Shown here in pieces: positions 18,772 through 28,740 of a stretch of DNA of 64,000 nucleotides. A program made the position numbers and the translations under genes. Below the pieces are notes generated by a model. That model made no database searches. It was not told the origin of the DNA and saw only the letters and a program-made list of their open reading frames with translations. This DNA comes from a virus. Taxonomy: Duplodnaviria > Caudoviricetes. Numbering within the stretch: position 1 is the first letter of the stretch; every line of letters begins with the position of its first letter. The stretch lies in IMG/VR virus record IMGVR_UViG_3300005614_001084, positions 1 to 64,000 of that record. One strand, given 5' to 3'.

Positions 18772-19145
18772 TGGACCTGATCCTGGAGGGCACCGTCGAG
18801 CTGTTCGACGCCGACGGTGTCCTCATCGAGAAGGTGAACGAGCAGATCGCATCGAAAAAGGTGAAGAACATCATGAGGCAGAACGATCACATGAAGGCGC
18901 TCCTCGGTGACGGCAACGCGCGCGTCACTGTTGGAGTCGACGAGGCAATGGGTGGCCCGTACGGCTACAGCAGCGTGAAGGTGCGCGTCAGCGTCACGCT
19001 GAGCTGCGACCAGAACGCGGAGTCGGTCACGAAGGCGCAGCAGATCTGCTTCGACCAGTGCACGAACTTCGTCGAGGACAACATCAGCGTTGCCCACACC
19101 ATGCTCTGCGCGCACCTCAAGGCGAACTACGTCAAGGAGGCGTGA
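18771..19145 (+). CDS. Hypothetical protein
   Basis: SD AGGAGG; TGATG coupling at 18771. Confidence 0.7.
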   Translation: MDLILEGTVELFDADGVLIEKVNEQIASKKVKNIMRQNDHMKALLGDGNARVTVGVDEAMGGPYGYSSVKVRVSVTLSCDQNAESVTKAQQICFDQCTNFVEDNISVAHTMLCAHLKANYVKEA

Positions 19146-19468
19146 TGGCGAACTCAGGCTTTCGTGGGTCGTCGATCAACATCGCAGAGTTCAGCGTCAA
19201 GGGCACCGGCACGGGATCTGTCGTGAAGTTCCGTGTCCTCTTCGCTGATCCCGAGAGCCACATGGTGCACGCCCAGACTACACACGAGGTGGAGATCGGA
19301 GAGGAGTCACCTCTCTACGAGCCCGCGAAGGCCATGCTGGCCGGGCTCAAGGCGATGGCCGAAGGCATCCACTTCCAGAACACCGAAGCTACCCCCACCG
19401 TGGAGAAGATGCGTGGAATCGTCGAGGCTGCATCTGATTCCTCTGAAGACCCTGGCCGATCAGGTTGA
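19145..19468 (+). CDS. Hypothetical protein
   Basis: SD AGGAGG; TGATG coupling at 19145. Confidence 0.7.
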   Translation: MANSGFRGSSINIAEFSVKGTGTGSVVKFRVLFADPESHMVHAQTTHEVEIGEESPLYEPAKAMLAGLKAMAEGIHFQNTEATPTVEKMRGIVEAASDSSEDPGRSG

Positions 19469-20462
19469 AGCGTTCGCCGCACAATGCCTACCGGACTTCG
19501 TCTACACGGAGTCCGAGACCCGAGAGCTGAAGTTCATCGAGACCGATCTCAGTAACTACCTCGGCGGTAGAATCGACGAGATCGCAACCATCTCGATGAA
19601 GGAGGGCGACACCGTCTACCGCTACGCCTTCACGAAGTGGAGCCGCGGCCAGCTCCTCAACCACCTGGGTACGCGCGAGAAGTGGTTCAACACTGTGACG
19701 CGCGTGCAAGAAGTAGACGAGCTGAACAAGCGCTCGCACGCGTTGAGGAACTTCCGTCTCCGCACGATGAAGAGCTACGACAGCGACGAACTGCGTCTGA
19801 TCCGCGGCATCGTCTCTCGTCAGTACTCCGACATCCCGGACACCTCGATCATGACGGCACTCACCGAAGTGATGCCCGAGGGGTTCGTCGTCCGGCGATT
19901 CTCCGGCAAGACCGACCGTGCGTTCTACGCCGCGGCCGTCACCGGAGAGAAGGTCTCGATCCCGAACACGTCCTTCGAGGGACATCCTGGGGTCGTGGTG
20001 AGAAACAGCGAGGTCGGATACACCGCGCTCACTCTCACCCCCATGATCTTCATGCCTGCGTACGGTTTGCACGGAACGTTCCTCGTGCTCAAGAAGAAGT
20101 GCACGTTGAAGCGGATCCATCGTGGCGCGCTGAAGGACCTCTCCGAGAAGTTCCAGGAAGCGCTGGACAAGGCGAAGATCGTGTGGGGTCCGCTGAACGA
20201 CAAGCTGCGCAAGCTCGGTCAGATCGCCTATCTGACGGAGGACGATGCAGTCGAGAAGATGACCGCGATGCTCGACAGCGTTCGAGCGGACGGCCTCTTC
20301 ATCGACGGCTCCGCGCGCACATATCGCTCGAAGCAGCACGTCGTACACCACGCCCTGCACGTCTTCGAGGCCATCCTGGGCAACGTGGCAGGTGACGACC
20401 AGGACGGCGCCTACACGAACGCGGAGATGGCTGGAGCTGTTCTTCTCAACCTCATCGAGTAG
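19413..20462 (+). CDS. DUF932-like phage protein
   Basis: IRGIVSRQYSDI, GVVVRNSEVG and RIHRG resemble the DUF932 family; start uncertain. Confidence 0.55.
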   Translation: MESSRLHLIPLKTLADQVEAFAAQCLPDFVYTESETRELKFIETDLSNYLGGRIDEIATISMKEGDTVYRYAFTKWSRGQLLNHLGTREKWFNTVTRVQEVDELNKRSHALRNFRLRTMKSYDSDELRLIRGIVSRQYSDIPDTSIMTALTEVMPEGFVVRRFSGKTDRAFYAAAVTGEKVSIPNTSFEGHPGVVVRNSEVGYTALTLTPMIFMPAYGLHGTFLVLKKKCTLKRIHRGALKDLSEKFQEALDKAKIVWGPLNDKLRKLGQIAYLTEDDAVEKMTAMLDSVRADGLFIDGSARTYRSKQHVVHHALHVFEAILGNVAGDDQDGAYTNAEMAGAVLLNLIE

Positions 20463-20540
20463 TCCCGGGCGGGGACGCACACCCCAACAGGTGGTGCGTT
20501 GATTCCGCCAGAAAGTATCGATACAACGGTCGGTCCCGAC

Positions 20541-22082
20541 ATGGTCAACATCGAACTGCGCCTGTTCGCGAAGATGCTCCAGATCGGAGACTTCTCTCCG
20601 ATCCAAACCGGGGACATCTCAGCCGAGACGTGTGCCACTGAGCAAGGGCTCATCGTCTTCAACTTCATCACCGGGTACAGAGACGCAACGGACGGCATGG
20701 CGAGGTACCCCTCGCTCTCTGTCGTCCGATCGCGCTTCGCCAACTCCATGATCGAACTCCCGGACCCGGATCCGGGGGACACGATGGAGGCGCTGGTCTA
20801 CGAAGCGCAGACCTCACGCATGCGAGGCCGCGTCCAAGAGATGGCGGTCGAGCTGGACACGCTCGCGAAGAGTGCAGACGACCTCTTCGCCGGCCTCGCC
20901 AAGAAGCAGGTCGAGATCCGGAAGATGACGGATAAGCTTCAGCGGTCGAAGCACGTCAGTCTCGCTTCCGGATTCGAGCAGGTGATCGCCGACTACGACA
21001 ACGGCACCATCGTCACCGAGGGCATTCCCTGGATGTGGCCGTCGATGCAGAAGGCAACGCGCGGCATGCAGAAGGGGGACTTCATCATCGTGGCCGGCCG
21101 ACCAAAGGCGAAGAAGAGCTTCACCGCCTTTGCTGCGGGCGTCTGGCCGGTGAAGCATCACCACCAGCGTCTGCTGATCTTCACGCCGGAGATGAAGCGT
21201 AAGATGGTGCTGCTGCGCGCCATCGCATCGTTCTGCGAGCTTCGGTACACCGAGTTCAAGAACTCGGGGCTGGACGAGGCCGAGACGCTTCGGCTGCTCG
21301 AAGCGGCTCGTACGTACGGCCAACTCCCGAGCGAGGACTCGGCCGAGTACTCGTTCAGGATGCGCTCCAGGATTCCCGATCTACCGGTGTGGGCCATGCC
21401 CAGCGTCGACATCGTGGAGTCAACCGGCCGTTCCATCTCGTGGATGGAATCGCAGATCGAGCTGTACAAGCCGGACATCGTGATCGCGGACTCGTTCTAT
21501 CGGCAGGTCGCGGATGGGCAGAAGCGCAACGACGTCGACCACAAGGTCATGACGATGCTCTCCCGTAACCTGAAAGATCTGGCGATGACCACGAATGTCG
21601 TCATGATCGGCACGCACCAGCTCAACCGCGAAGCCGACAGCAAGGTCGGGTCGCTGTCGAATCTGGGCTACTCGGATGCCTTCGGTCAGGACATGGACCT
21701 GGGCTTCCGCGTCATCAGCGGTAAGATCGAGGGCAAGGATGTCTCCGCCATCGTCGTGCTCGGAGGCCGAGAGGTGCCCTTCGAGGGCATTCTCATCAAC
21801 AGCGTGGTGTGTTCCGACTTCTCGGAAATCGCCCCGATCACGAGCCGTAAGACGGTAGAGAACCTCCTGAAGCAGGAGGACGCCGAGGACGCAAAGGAAG
21901 AGGCCGCAGAGGCCAAGACCAAGGCGCGGAACCTCGGGCACAAAACCCGAAAGGGGCTGACCTCAGCGGCGAAGAAGGCTGAAGCTGAGATGCAGAAGAA
22001 CTTCGGCGGCGGGATCGAAGAGGTCGACGACGCCGATGATGACGACAACGAACCCGAGTCTCACAACGAAGCTGCGGCATGA
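20541..22082 (+). CDS. dnaB: DnaB-like replicative helicase
   Basis: GMQKGDFIIVAGRPKAKKS, FTPEM, IADSFY, HQLNR, YSDAFGQDMD; start could be 20499. Confidence 0.85.
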   Translation: MVNIELRLFAKMLQIGDFSPIQTGDISAETCATEQGLIVFNFITGYRDATDGMARYPSLSVVRSRFANSMIELPDPDPGDTMEALVYEAQTSRMRGRVQEMAVELDTLAKSADDLFAGLAKKQVEIRKMTDKLQRSKHVSLASGFEQVIADYDNGTIVTEGIPWMWPSMQKATRGMQKGDFIIVAGRPKAKKSFTAFAAGVWPVKHHHQRLLIFTPEMKRKMVLLRAIASFCELRYTEFKNSGLDEAETLRLLEAARTYGQLPSEDSAEYSFRMRSRIPDLPVWAMPSVDIVESTGRSISWMESQIELYKPDIVIADSFYRQVADGQKRNDVDHKVMTMLSRNLKDLAMTTNVVMIGTHQLNREADSKVGSLSNLGYSDAFGQDMDLGFRVISGKIEGKDVSAIVVLGGREVPFEGILINSVVCSDFSEIAPITSRKTVENLLKQEDAEDAKEEAAEAKTKARNLGHKTRKGLTSAAKKAEAEMQKNFGGGIEEVDDADDDDNEPESHNEAAA

Positions 22083-23146
22083 GAGATCTTGCTACGGCGC
22101 TCTTCTCCCTCGCGCCGAAACTCCAAGACACGGCCCGCCGTGGACGGGACGCTGTGATGATCCAGTGCCCGTTCCACGGCGGTGGTGAGGAAAAGACCCC
22201 GTCGTGCTCGGTCTCTCTGGAATCTCCGGTGTTCTTCTGCCACGCGTGCCAAGAGAGCGGCCACATTTCGCGGCTGCTGCGAACGTTCGGGCTGGGCAAT
22301 GACGGCGTCCAGGCCGTGCTCCAGTCCACTGGCCTCGACAAGCCCTACACCGTGCAGTCTCGCCGAGGGAGGCTGGCTGCGAGGGTGGGATCGCACATCA
22401 ATGCACTCCGAGGCCCGTTCATCCTCGACGAGGATCTCCTCGACGACTATCGCCATGCTCCGCGAGCCCTGATGCGCTCGGGGTTCGAGAAGCAGACGCT
22501 GCGCCACTTCGAGGTCGGTTACGACAGCACGAACATGCGCATCACGTTCCCGCTGCGGAACATCTACGGAGAGCTGGTCGGTATCTCAGGCAGAGCGCTG
22601 CTCGACATCCAGGAGCAGAAGTACCGCATCTACGATCAGGAGCTGAAACGCCGAACCGGCTTTCGGGTTCCCGACGAGTACACGATGGAAGACGTGAAGG
22701 ACTCGATCATGTGGCATGCCCACGTGGTCCGGCCCTTCTTCTACAGCTCTGAACCCCAGGACGAATCGCTCGTCCTCACGGAGGGATTCAAGGCGTGCAT
22801 GTGGGTGTGGCAGTCCGGCTGGAGGAGCGTCGTCGCGCTCATCGGCATGTACATGTCCGACATGCATACGGAAATCTTGGCTTCTTCGGTCCAGGACGTC
22901 GTGCTGTTCCTCGACAACAACGAGGCCGGCTGGCGTGGTACGGTCCGAGCCGGTCGGCTGCTTTCGAGACTTGGGATCGTAGTTCGCGTCGCGAAGTACC
23001 CCGACGATCGGCAGCAACCCGACGCCCTATCCTCTGAAGAAACTACTCTGGCGATCGCACAATCTGAACCCTATCTACTCTGGAGACAACAACATGTCGG
23101 ACTCGTTCTTGAAGACGCGCGCTCTTTCCGCTCCCAGCTTCGGTGA
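22079..23146 (+). CDS. dnaG: DNA primase (CHC2 Zn finger plus TOPRIM)
   Basis: CPFH..KTPS..CHAC, RITFPLRN..VGISGR, LTEG, FLDNNEAG. Confidence 0.9.
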   Translation: MRDLATALFSLAPKLQDTARRGRDAVMIQCPFHGGGEEKTPSCSVSLESPVFFCHACQESGHISRLLRTFGLGNDGVQAVLQSTGLDKPYTVQSRRGRLAARVGSHINALRGPFILDEDLLDDYRHAPRALMRSGFEKQTLRHFEVGYDSTNMRITFPLRNIYGELVGISGRALLDIQEQKYRIYDQELKRRTGFRVPDEYTMEDVKDSIMWHAHVVRPFFYSSEPQDESLVLTEGFKACMWVWQSGWRSVVALIGMYMSDMHTEILASSVQDVVLFLDNNEAGWRGTVRAGRLLSRLGIVVRVAKYPDDRQQPDALSSEETTLAIAQSEPYLLWRQQHVGLVLEDARSFRSQLR

Positions 23147-24347
23147 TCAGGGCCGAAAGCGAATGGAACAGGGTCGCCGAAGTGGCGGCAACCGTCAGTT
23201 CCCCGCCGGTCAGTTCGATCGGTTCTTCCCCGGTGAGACGCCCATCTGGATCAACGTCTCGCCCTACTCCCTGTACCTCCAGAAGATCTACGACCGCAAC
23301 GAGAAGCAGGTCGTGGACACCGAGACCACGTGGTACGAGTCGCGCAAGCACTACGTGCCCCGCAACAAGGGCCGCAAGGACAACAAGGGCAAGCGGATCG
23401 ACACCGACTTCCTCTGCTCGTGCGGCCCGTTCCGTACCGATCCGTGCTGGGGCTGCTCCGTCCGAGCCAATCACTTCGCGATGCTCGACGCCGTCGAGGC
23501 GGAGAAGGGCGTGCGGCCGGACAAGGAGTCGCCGGTCGGCTGGTCGTCGCAGTTCTCGCTCGCCATCACCATCATGGAGAAGATCTACGAGGTGCCGGCG
23601 CGGAACAATGACGGCAGCATCCGCAAGGCGAAGAGCAGCGGCCAGATCATCTACAACTACGTGCCGCACCCGCTCGCGATGGTGAAGCACGAGGGAGAAG
23701 ATCTCAACCAGTTCAAGCACAAGTTCGGGCATCGCGTGCACTGGACGATGGGCACCGAGCATCTCGATCAGCTCATCAGCTACGACGCCAAGCTGAAGAA
23801 CTCGTGCAAGCACTGCGCGTCGAACCTCTTCTGCGCGAAGATGATCTGCCCGGGCTGCGAAACCGGGACCGACATCGAGATGGTCTCCGACGCCGACGGA
23901 AGCCTCAGCATGGCCCGCAAGATCGCGCGCACGTGCACCTCCTGCGGCGAGAAGGGACCGTTCGTCCCGTACCTCGTCTGCGGGGAGTGCCAGCGTGAGG
24001 GCATCGGCGACGCCATCGAGGGCCGCCTCACCACGTTCGACCTCCGCCTCAAGCGCGAGAAGATCGGCGACACCAACAAGAGCAACCTCGTCGTCGTCGC
24101 GATCCGCATGCCGGGCGTGAAGAACAACCTGGAGGACCACAAGAAGGTGATGGAGATGATCGAGAACCCGCTCGACCTCGCTTCCATCTTCGCGCCCACG
24201 GGCCTCGATCGTCAGAAGTTCATCCTCGGGGAAGAGCTGACGAGGGGCCTGTCCCCGAAGCCGCCGAAGAAGGAAGCCTCGGCGGCCGACGAAGAGACCG
24301 AGTCGTACGCCCAGGACCAGGGCACCAACGACGAAGTCACCTGGTAA
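23094..24347 (+). CDS. Multi-Zn-finger protein, possibly single-stranded DNA-binding
   Basis: Several CxxC pairs; acidic C-terminus ending in an aromatic residue (DEETESYAQDQGTNDEVTW); lies between primase and PolA. Confidence 0.5.
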   Translation: MSDSFLKTRALSAPSFGDQGRKRMEQGRRSGGNRQFPAGQFDRFFPGETPIWINVSPYSLYLQKIYDRNEKQVVDTETTWYESRKHYVPRNKGRKDNKGKRIDTDFLCSCGPFRTDPCWGCSVRANHFAMLDAVEAEKGVRPDKESPVGWSSQFSLAITIMEKIYEVPARNNDGSIRKAKSSGQIIYNYVPHPLAMVKHEGEDLNQFKHKFGHRVHWTMGTEHLDQLISYDAKLKNSCKHCASNLFCAKMICPGCETGTDIEMVSDADGSLSMARKIARTCTSCGEKGPFVPYLVCGECQREGIGDAIEGRLTTFDLRLKREKIGDTNKSNLVVVAIRMPGVKNNLEDHKKVMEMIENPLDLASIFAPTGLDRQKFILGEELTRGLSPKPPKKEASAADEETESYAQDQGTNDEVTW

Positions 24348-24350
24348 GCC

Positions 24351-26435
24351 ATGCCGAGACTGCGTCTACTGCCGCCCGTGACGGTGGCCGAGACGCCGGA
24401 ACAGGCCGCCCCGATCATCCAGTATCTGATGAACCGGGGCGGCCCGGTCGCCATCGACACAGAGACCACCGGCCTCGACGTGATGAGGTCGCGCGTTCTC
24501 TTCTGGTCGATGGCGACCGAGGACCGGCGCTACTTCTTCCCCGCCAACATCCTGGGGTTCTTCGACCCCCTGTTCCTGAACTCGAAGATCCGCTGGTACC
24601 TGGCGAACGCCAAGTACGACACCCACCTCCTCGCCAACGCCGGTTACTCACTGGCGGGCGAGACCTGGGACATCATCGACATGGATGCGATGGAGGACGA
24701 CACGCGCGATCACGGTCTGAAAGACCAAGCGCAGTTCGCCTACGACGCTCGATGGGGTGATTTCAAGGAGCTGTTCTTGGATCCGCACATGGTCTCGGAA
24801 GAGCTGGGGCTCGACAAGGTCACGTTCGCGCGATTCAAGCAGCTCGACGTCGGCAAGAAGCTGCTGTTCGTCTACGACGAGCGGCCCGACATCGTAGAGA
24901 ACTACGCCACCTGCGACTCGTACTTCACGTACATGCGGGCCACAGATCTGGCTAAGAACCTCTCGAACGTCGAGCTGCCAACCACGATGGTACGCGGCTT
25001 CCACACGCTCCTCGACTACTACAAGACGATCGAGGTTCCACTCACCAAGGTGCTGTGGAAGATGGAGCGTGCGGGCTTCCTCGTCGATGTCGACTACGTC
25101 AAGTCGATCGACGGTCCAATGCGGGACGGTATCGCGGCAGCGACGAAGAAGCTGTTCGACATCATGGGCTACGCGTTCAACCCCGGCGAGGCCGACGAGA
25201 ACGACTTCAACCCAAAGTCGAACGAGGACATCCGCGAGATCTTGTACGGCAAGGACCACTTCGGTCTCAAGCCGATCAAGTTCACTGCCGGCGGCAAGAG
25301 TGGCGAGCCGACTCCGGCAACGGACGAGAAGACGCTCAACATCCTCAAGCTGCGCTGCCAGGTGGACTCACGGGAGTGGCAGTTCATCGACACCAAGCTC
25401 GCGCTGGCGAAGCTCCAGAAGCTTCACGGCACGTACGTCAAGGACATCATCGGCGACACCTCGTTGCCCGATAGCATGCGGAAGAAGCTGGGACCGGATG
25501 GCCGCATCCACTGCCGTTTGAACCAGAGCGGAGCGCGCACCTCGCGCCTCTCCTCCTCTGGCCCGAACATGCAGAACATCCCGACCCGCAACGATCCGTA
25601 CAAGATCCGCGGCTGCTTCATCGCCGACCCCGGCTACGACCTCATCGACTTCGACTACCCTCAGATCGAGTTCCGCATCGCGGCAGCTCTATCTGGGGAA
25701 GAAGGGATGATGGAGGCCATCCGGAACGGCTGGGACATCCACTCCGCGAACGCCGCAGCGATGTACAAGTCGGACCCCAAGGTCTCGTACGAAGGCATCA
25801 TGGCGGCGATCGCTCGTAAGGACGCCGGCAAGACCGACAAGACGATCAAGCTGACGGCCGACGAGTACTACCTGCTGAAGAAGCGCGACGGCGCAAAGAC
25901 CTCTGGTCTCGGCGCGCTCTACGGCGAGGGCCCCACGAAGATGTCTCAAGATCTGAAGTGTTCCAAAGAGGACGCGATGGATCTGATCGAGACCTTCTTC
26001 AACACGAACAAACGCATCAAGGCCGAAATCGACCGGATGCACGAGTTCGCACACAACCACGAGTTCACCTACACGATGCTGGGCCGCATGCGCCGGCTGC
26101 ACCGCATCAACAACAACTACAACCAGGGTCTCGCGCGCGCAGAGGAGCGCCAGGCCTACAACACGCTCATCCAGGGCTCCGGCTCCGAGATGATGAAGCT
26201 CGCGATGCTCCAGATCTCGCACGACGAGGAGTTCAACGAGCTGGGCGGCATCCTCATCCTCACGGTTCACGACGAACTGATTGCGCGCGCCCCGAAGGCG
26301 TCGAGCAAGCGGTGCGCCGAAATCATGAAGGCGAAGATGGGCGACCCGTACAACTGGGGGCCGATCCGGCTGAAGTATCCCGTGCCGGTCGATCCTGACG
26401 GTGCAGTGGGGTACCGATGGACGGACGTGAAGTGA
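24351..26435 (+). CDS. polA: Family A DNA polymerase with 3'-5' exonuclease
   Basis: AIDTETTG, NAKYD, TSRLSSSGPNMQNIP, DYPQIEFR, RDGAKTSGLGALYG, NTLIQGSG, TVHDEL. Confidence 0.95.
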   Translation: MPRLRLLPPVTVAETPEQAAPIIQYLMNRGGPVAIDTETTGLDVMRSRVLFWSMATEDRRYFFPANILGFFDPLFLNSKIRWYLANAKYDTHLLANAGYSLAGETWDIIDMDAMEDDTRDHGLKDQAQFAYDARWGDFKELFLDPHMVSEELGLDKVTFARFKQLDVGKKLLFVYDERPDIVENYATCDSYFTYMRATDLAKNLSNVELPTTMVRGFHTLLDYYKTIEVPLTKVLWKMERAGFLVDVDYVKSIDGPMRDGIAAATKKLFDIMGYAFNPGEADENDFNPKSNEDIREILYGKDHFGLKPIKFTAGGKSGEPTPATDEKTLNILKLRCQVDSREWQFIDTKLALAKLQKLHGTYVKDIIGDTSLPDSMRKKLGPDGRIHCRLNQSGARTSRLSSSGPNMQNIPTRNDPYKIRGCFIADPGYDLIDFDYPQIEFRIAAALSGEEGMMEAIRNGWDIHSANAAAMYKSDPKVSYEGIMAAIARKDAGKTDKTIKLTADEYYLLKKRDGAKTSGLGALYGEGPTKMSQDLKCSKEDAMDLIETFFNTNKRIKAEIDRMHEFAHNHEFTYTMLGRMRRLHRINNNYNQGLARAEERQAYNTLIQGSGSEMMKLAMLQISHDEEFNELGGILILTVHDELIARAPKASSKRCAEIMKAKMGDPYNWGPIRLKYPVPVDPDGAVGYRWTDVK

Positions 26436-26854
26436 TGCAACTGCTCCAAGCTCGCGGCTGGTACGGAGTCTTCCTCTCCTCCGTGCCGAAACAGATCGAC
26501 TCGTCAGAGGACGGCGGCCTACTGGAGACCTTCACGGTCTCGGTGAGGCTCCGTCCTCTGGTCGGGTGGATGTCCGCAGAAGGAGGCTTCCAAGGCCTCT
26601 ACTACCACGAGGGGCGCGGCGCGTTGTACTCGCACGCAAAGATCGTAGAAGAGTTTCCCGGCATGTTCGCCGGAGACATCTGCGTCGATGAGGTGCGCAC
26701 GATCCAGGCCATCCTCCAACAACGAGTCGTGGAGAAGGTTCGTGCCTACCTCCAGGGCATCGAGAAGCGGGGGATGATCAGGCTCGACCTGTCTGAAGAA
26801 ACAAAGATCCTTCGCGAGAAGGGCCGACTCCCCATCCCACGACCGATCGAGTAG
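26435..26854 (+). CDS. Hypothetical protein
   Basis: TGATG coupling with polA. Confidence 0.6.
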   Translation: MQLLQARGWYGVFLSSVPKQIDSSEDGGLLETFTVSVRLRPLVGWMSAEGGFQGLYYHEGRGALYSHAKIVEEFPGMFAGDICVDEVRTIQAILQQRVVEKVRAYLQGIEKRGMIRLDLSEETKILREKGRLPIPRPIE

Positions 26855-26862
26855 GAGAGAAC

Positions 26863-28143
26863 ATGGCGACGAAGGCACAGATGAAGAAGGCCGCGGCAGC
26901 GAAGCCGGCCAAAAAGACCAAGACCAAGGCAGACGCCGAGGAGAAGGTCTCGAAGAAGAAGGACAAGGTCGTGCTGGGCTCGGATGCCAGCATCGACGAC
27001 ATCATCGATTCGATCAACGACGAGCTGGGCTCGGACGTCATCCGGCGCGCGGAGAAGATGAGCACGACGTACCTACTGCGTCGGCCCACCGGCATCACCA
27101 CCCTCGACTGCGAGCTGGCCGGAGGGTTTCCCGCCAGCGCCACCACCGTCTTCGTCGGGCCTGATGGCTCGGGCAAGGACTACCTCATCTGGAGAACGTG
27201 CGCCGAGGTCCAGAAGATCTACGGTGACGACTTCTGCATGGCGGCGTTCTTCACCGAGTTCAAGGCCGACAAGCCCTTCATGAGGAACCTGTGCGGCCTG
27301 GAAATCGCGATGTCCGACGAGGAGATCGAAGAGTACAACCAGGCCCGGGACAAGATCGGACAGCCGCGGCTCACCGACGATGAAGTTGCGACTTACCAGA
27401 CGCAGACCGGTCGGATCCTCATCATGGACGGCGTCACGGCGGAGAAGGGCTTCGATGCCGTCATCAAGCTCGTCGCCGCGAACAAGTGCCAGATCGTCGT
27501 CATCAACAGCATCGGCTCGCTTCAGACCGAAGCGAAGGAGGCGCTGGACAGCTTCGAGGAGTTCGCCCGCCAGGCGAGCGAGGCGACGCTGATCAACAGC
27601 TTCATCCCGAAGCTCGCGATGACGATGAACAACGACCGGAACGGCCGGAACGAGACCGCCCTCTTCATCGTCAACCAGATGCGTTCGAAGCGGGACGCTG
27701 CTCCGGTGCGCGGCCGCCCGGTGACGGAGCGCGACAAGTACGAGCCCGGCTCGAAGTCGTGGGCACTGAAGCACGGCAAGGCGATCGAGCTGTCTCTGCA
27801 CAAGGGCCCGAAGCACATGGACGCCGTCACCGACTTGGTGGCGGGCCGCGTGGTTCGCTGGTCCGTGGACAAGGGCAAGCTCGGCACTCACGACGGCCTG
27901 ACCGGCGAGTACAACTTCTTCTACGACGGCGGAGTCGACGTGGTCGAAGATCTCATCATCGCCTGCCGGAAGTACGGCATCATCGAGGGCACGAGCTGGA
28001 TCACCTACGAGCACGAGGAGTGGGGCTTCAAGGTGAACGGCAAGGACGCGCTGCGGATGAAGATCCAAGAGAACCCCGACCTCTACGACCACCTGCGGCT
28101 GGAATGCTTCCGGCGCGCCGAGGTCATCTACCGCTGGCGCTGA
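26863..28143 (+). CDS. recA: RecA/UvsX-like recombinase
   Basis: TGITTLDCELAGGFP, GPDGSGKD, VVINSIGSL, VNQMR, PGSKSWALKH. Confidence 0.9.
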   Translation: MATKAQMKKAAAAKPAKKTKTKADAEEKVSKKKDKVVLGSDASIDDIIDSINDELGSDVIRRAEKMSTTYLLRRPTGITTLDCELAGGFPASATTVFVGPDGSGKDYLIWRTCAEVQKIYGDDFCMAAFFTEFKADKPFMRNLCGLEIAMSDEEIEEYNQARDKIGQPRLTDDEVATYQTQTGRILIMDGVTAEKGFDAVIKLVAANKCQIVVINSIGSLQTEAKEALDSFEEFARQASEATLINSFIPKLAMTMNNDRNGRNETALFIVNQMRSKRDAAPVRGRPVTERDKYEPGSKSWALKHGKAIELSLHKGPKHMDAVTDLVAGRVVRWSVDKGKLGTHDGLTGEYNFFYDGGVDVVEDLIIACRKYGIIEGTSWITYEHEEWGFKVNGKDALRMKIQENPDLYDHLRLECFRRAEVIYRWR

Positions 28144-28191
28144 CTATCAGATGGCGGTCCTGGGGTTGCCCGGGACCGCCCGGGAGATCCC

Positions 28192-28740
28192 ATGACCGAG
28201 CAGAAGAAGAGACAACGTCGAGCCGCGCGCGAGGAGAGGAAGATCGCTTCCGACATCGGAGGACGGCGCGTGTTCATGTCGGGCGCAGGCCCGGACAAGG
28301 GCGACGTGAAGTCGGACCTGCTGAGGATCGAGGCGAAGACCACCGCCAACTCCTCGTTCACGTTCAACAGCGCCGACTGGAGCGACATCGTCCACTCCTC
28401 CGACAACAGCGGCAAGACGCCGGTGTTCGTGATCAAGCTGGCGCTCAAGGCATTTCCGTTCTCGGTGGCCATCCTGCCGCGAACGTTCTGGCTGGAGATG
28501 GAGCCCGCAGGGCGAGCGATCCCGATGTTCGGGGAGGCGGCGCGGAGCATCGTCATCAACCGCGACTGGGCCAAGTCCTGTCCAAAGGACCTGGCGGGCC
28601 ATCCATTCCGTCAGATTCAGATCGACGTGCAGCACTGCGCTTCCGCGCTCATGGCGAGGAAGAAGGGCGATCTCGTCATCATCGAGTACTCCAGGTTCAT
28701 CGAACTGCTACGCACCGCGGGGCTCGATGCCTCCTCGTAG
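28192..28740 (+). CDS. Holliday-junction resolvase-like PD-(D/E)xK nuclease
   Basis: E..IA..IGGRR..SGAG..KGDV...IEAKTT. Confidence 0.65.
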   Translation: MTEQKKRQRRAAREERKIASDIGGRRVFMSGAGPDKGDVKSDLLRIEAKTTANSSFTFNSADWSDIVHSSDNSGKTPVFVIKLALKAFPFSVAILPRTFWLEMEPAGRAIPMFGEAARSIVINRDWAKSCPKDLAGHPFRQIQIDVQHCASALMARKKGDLVIIEYSRFIELLRTAGLDASS

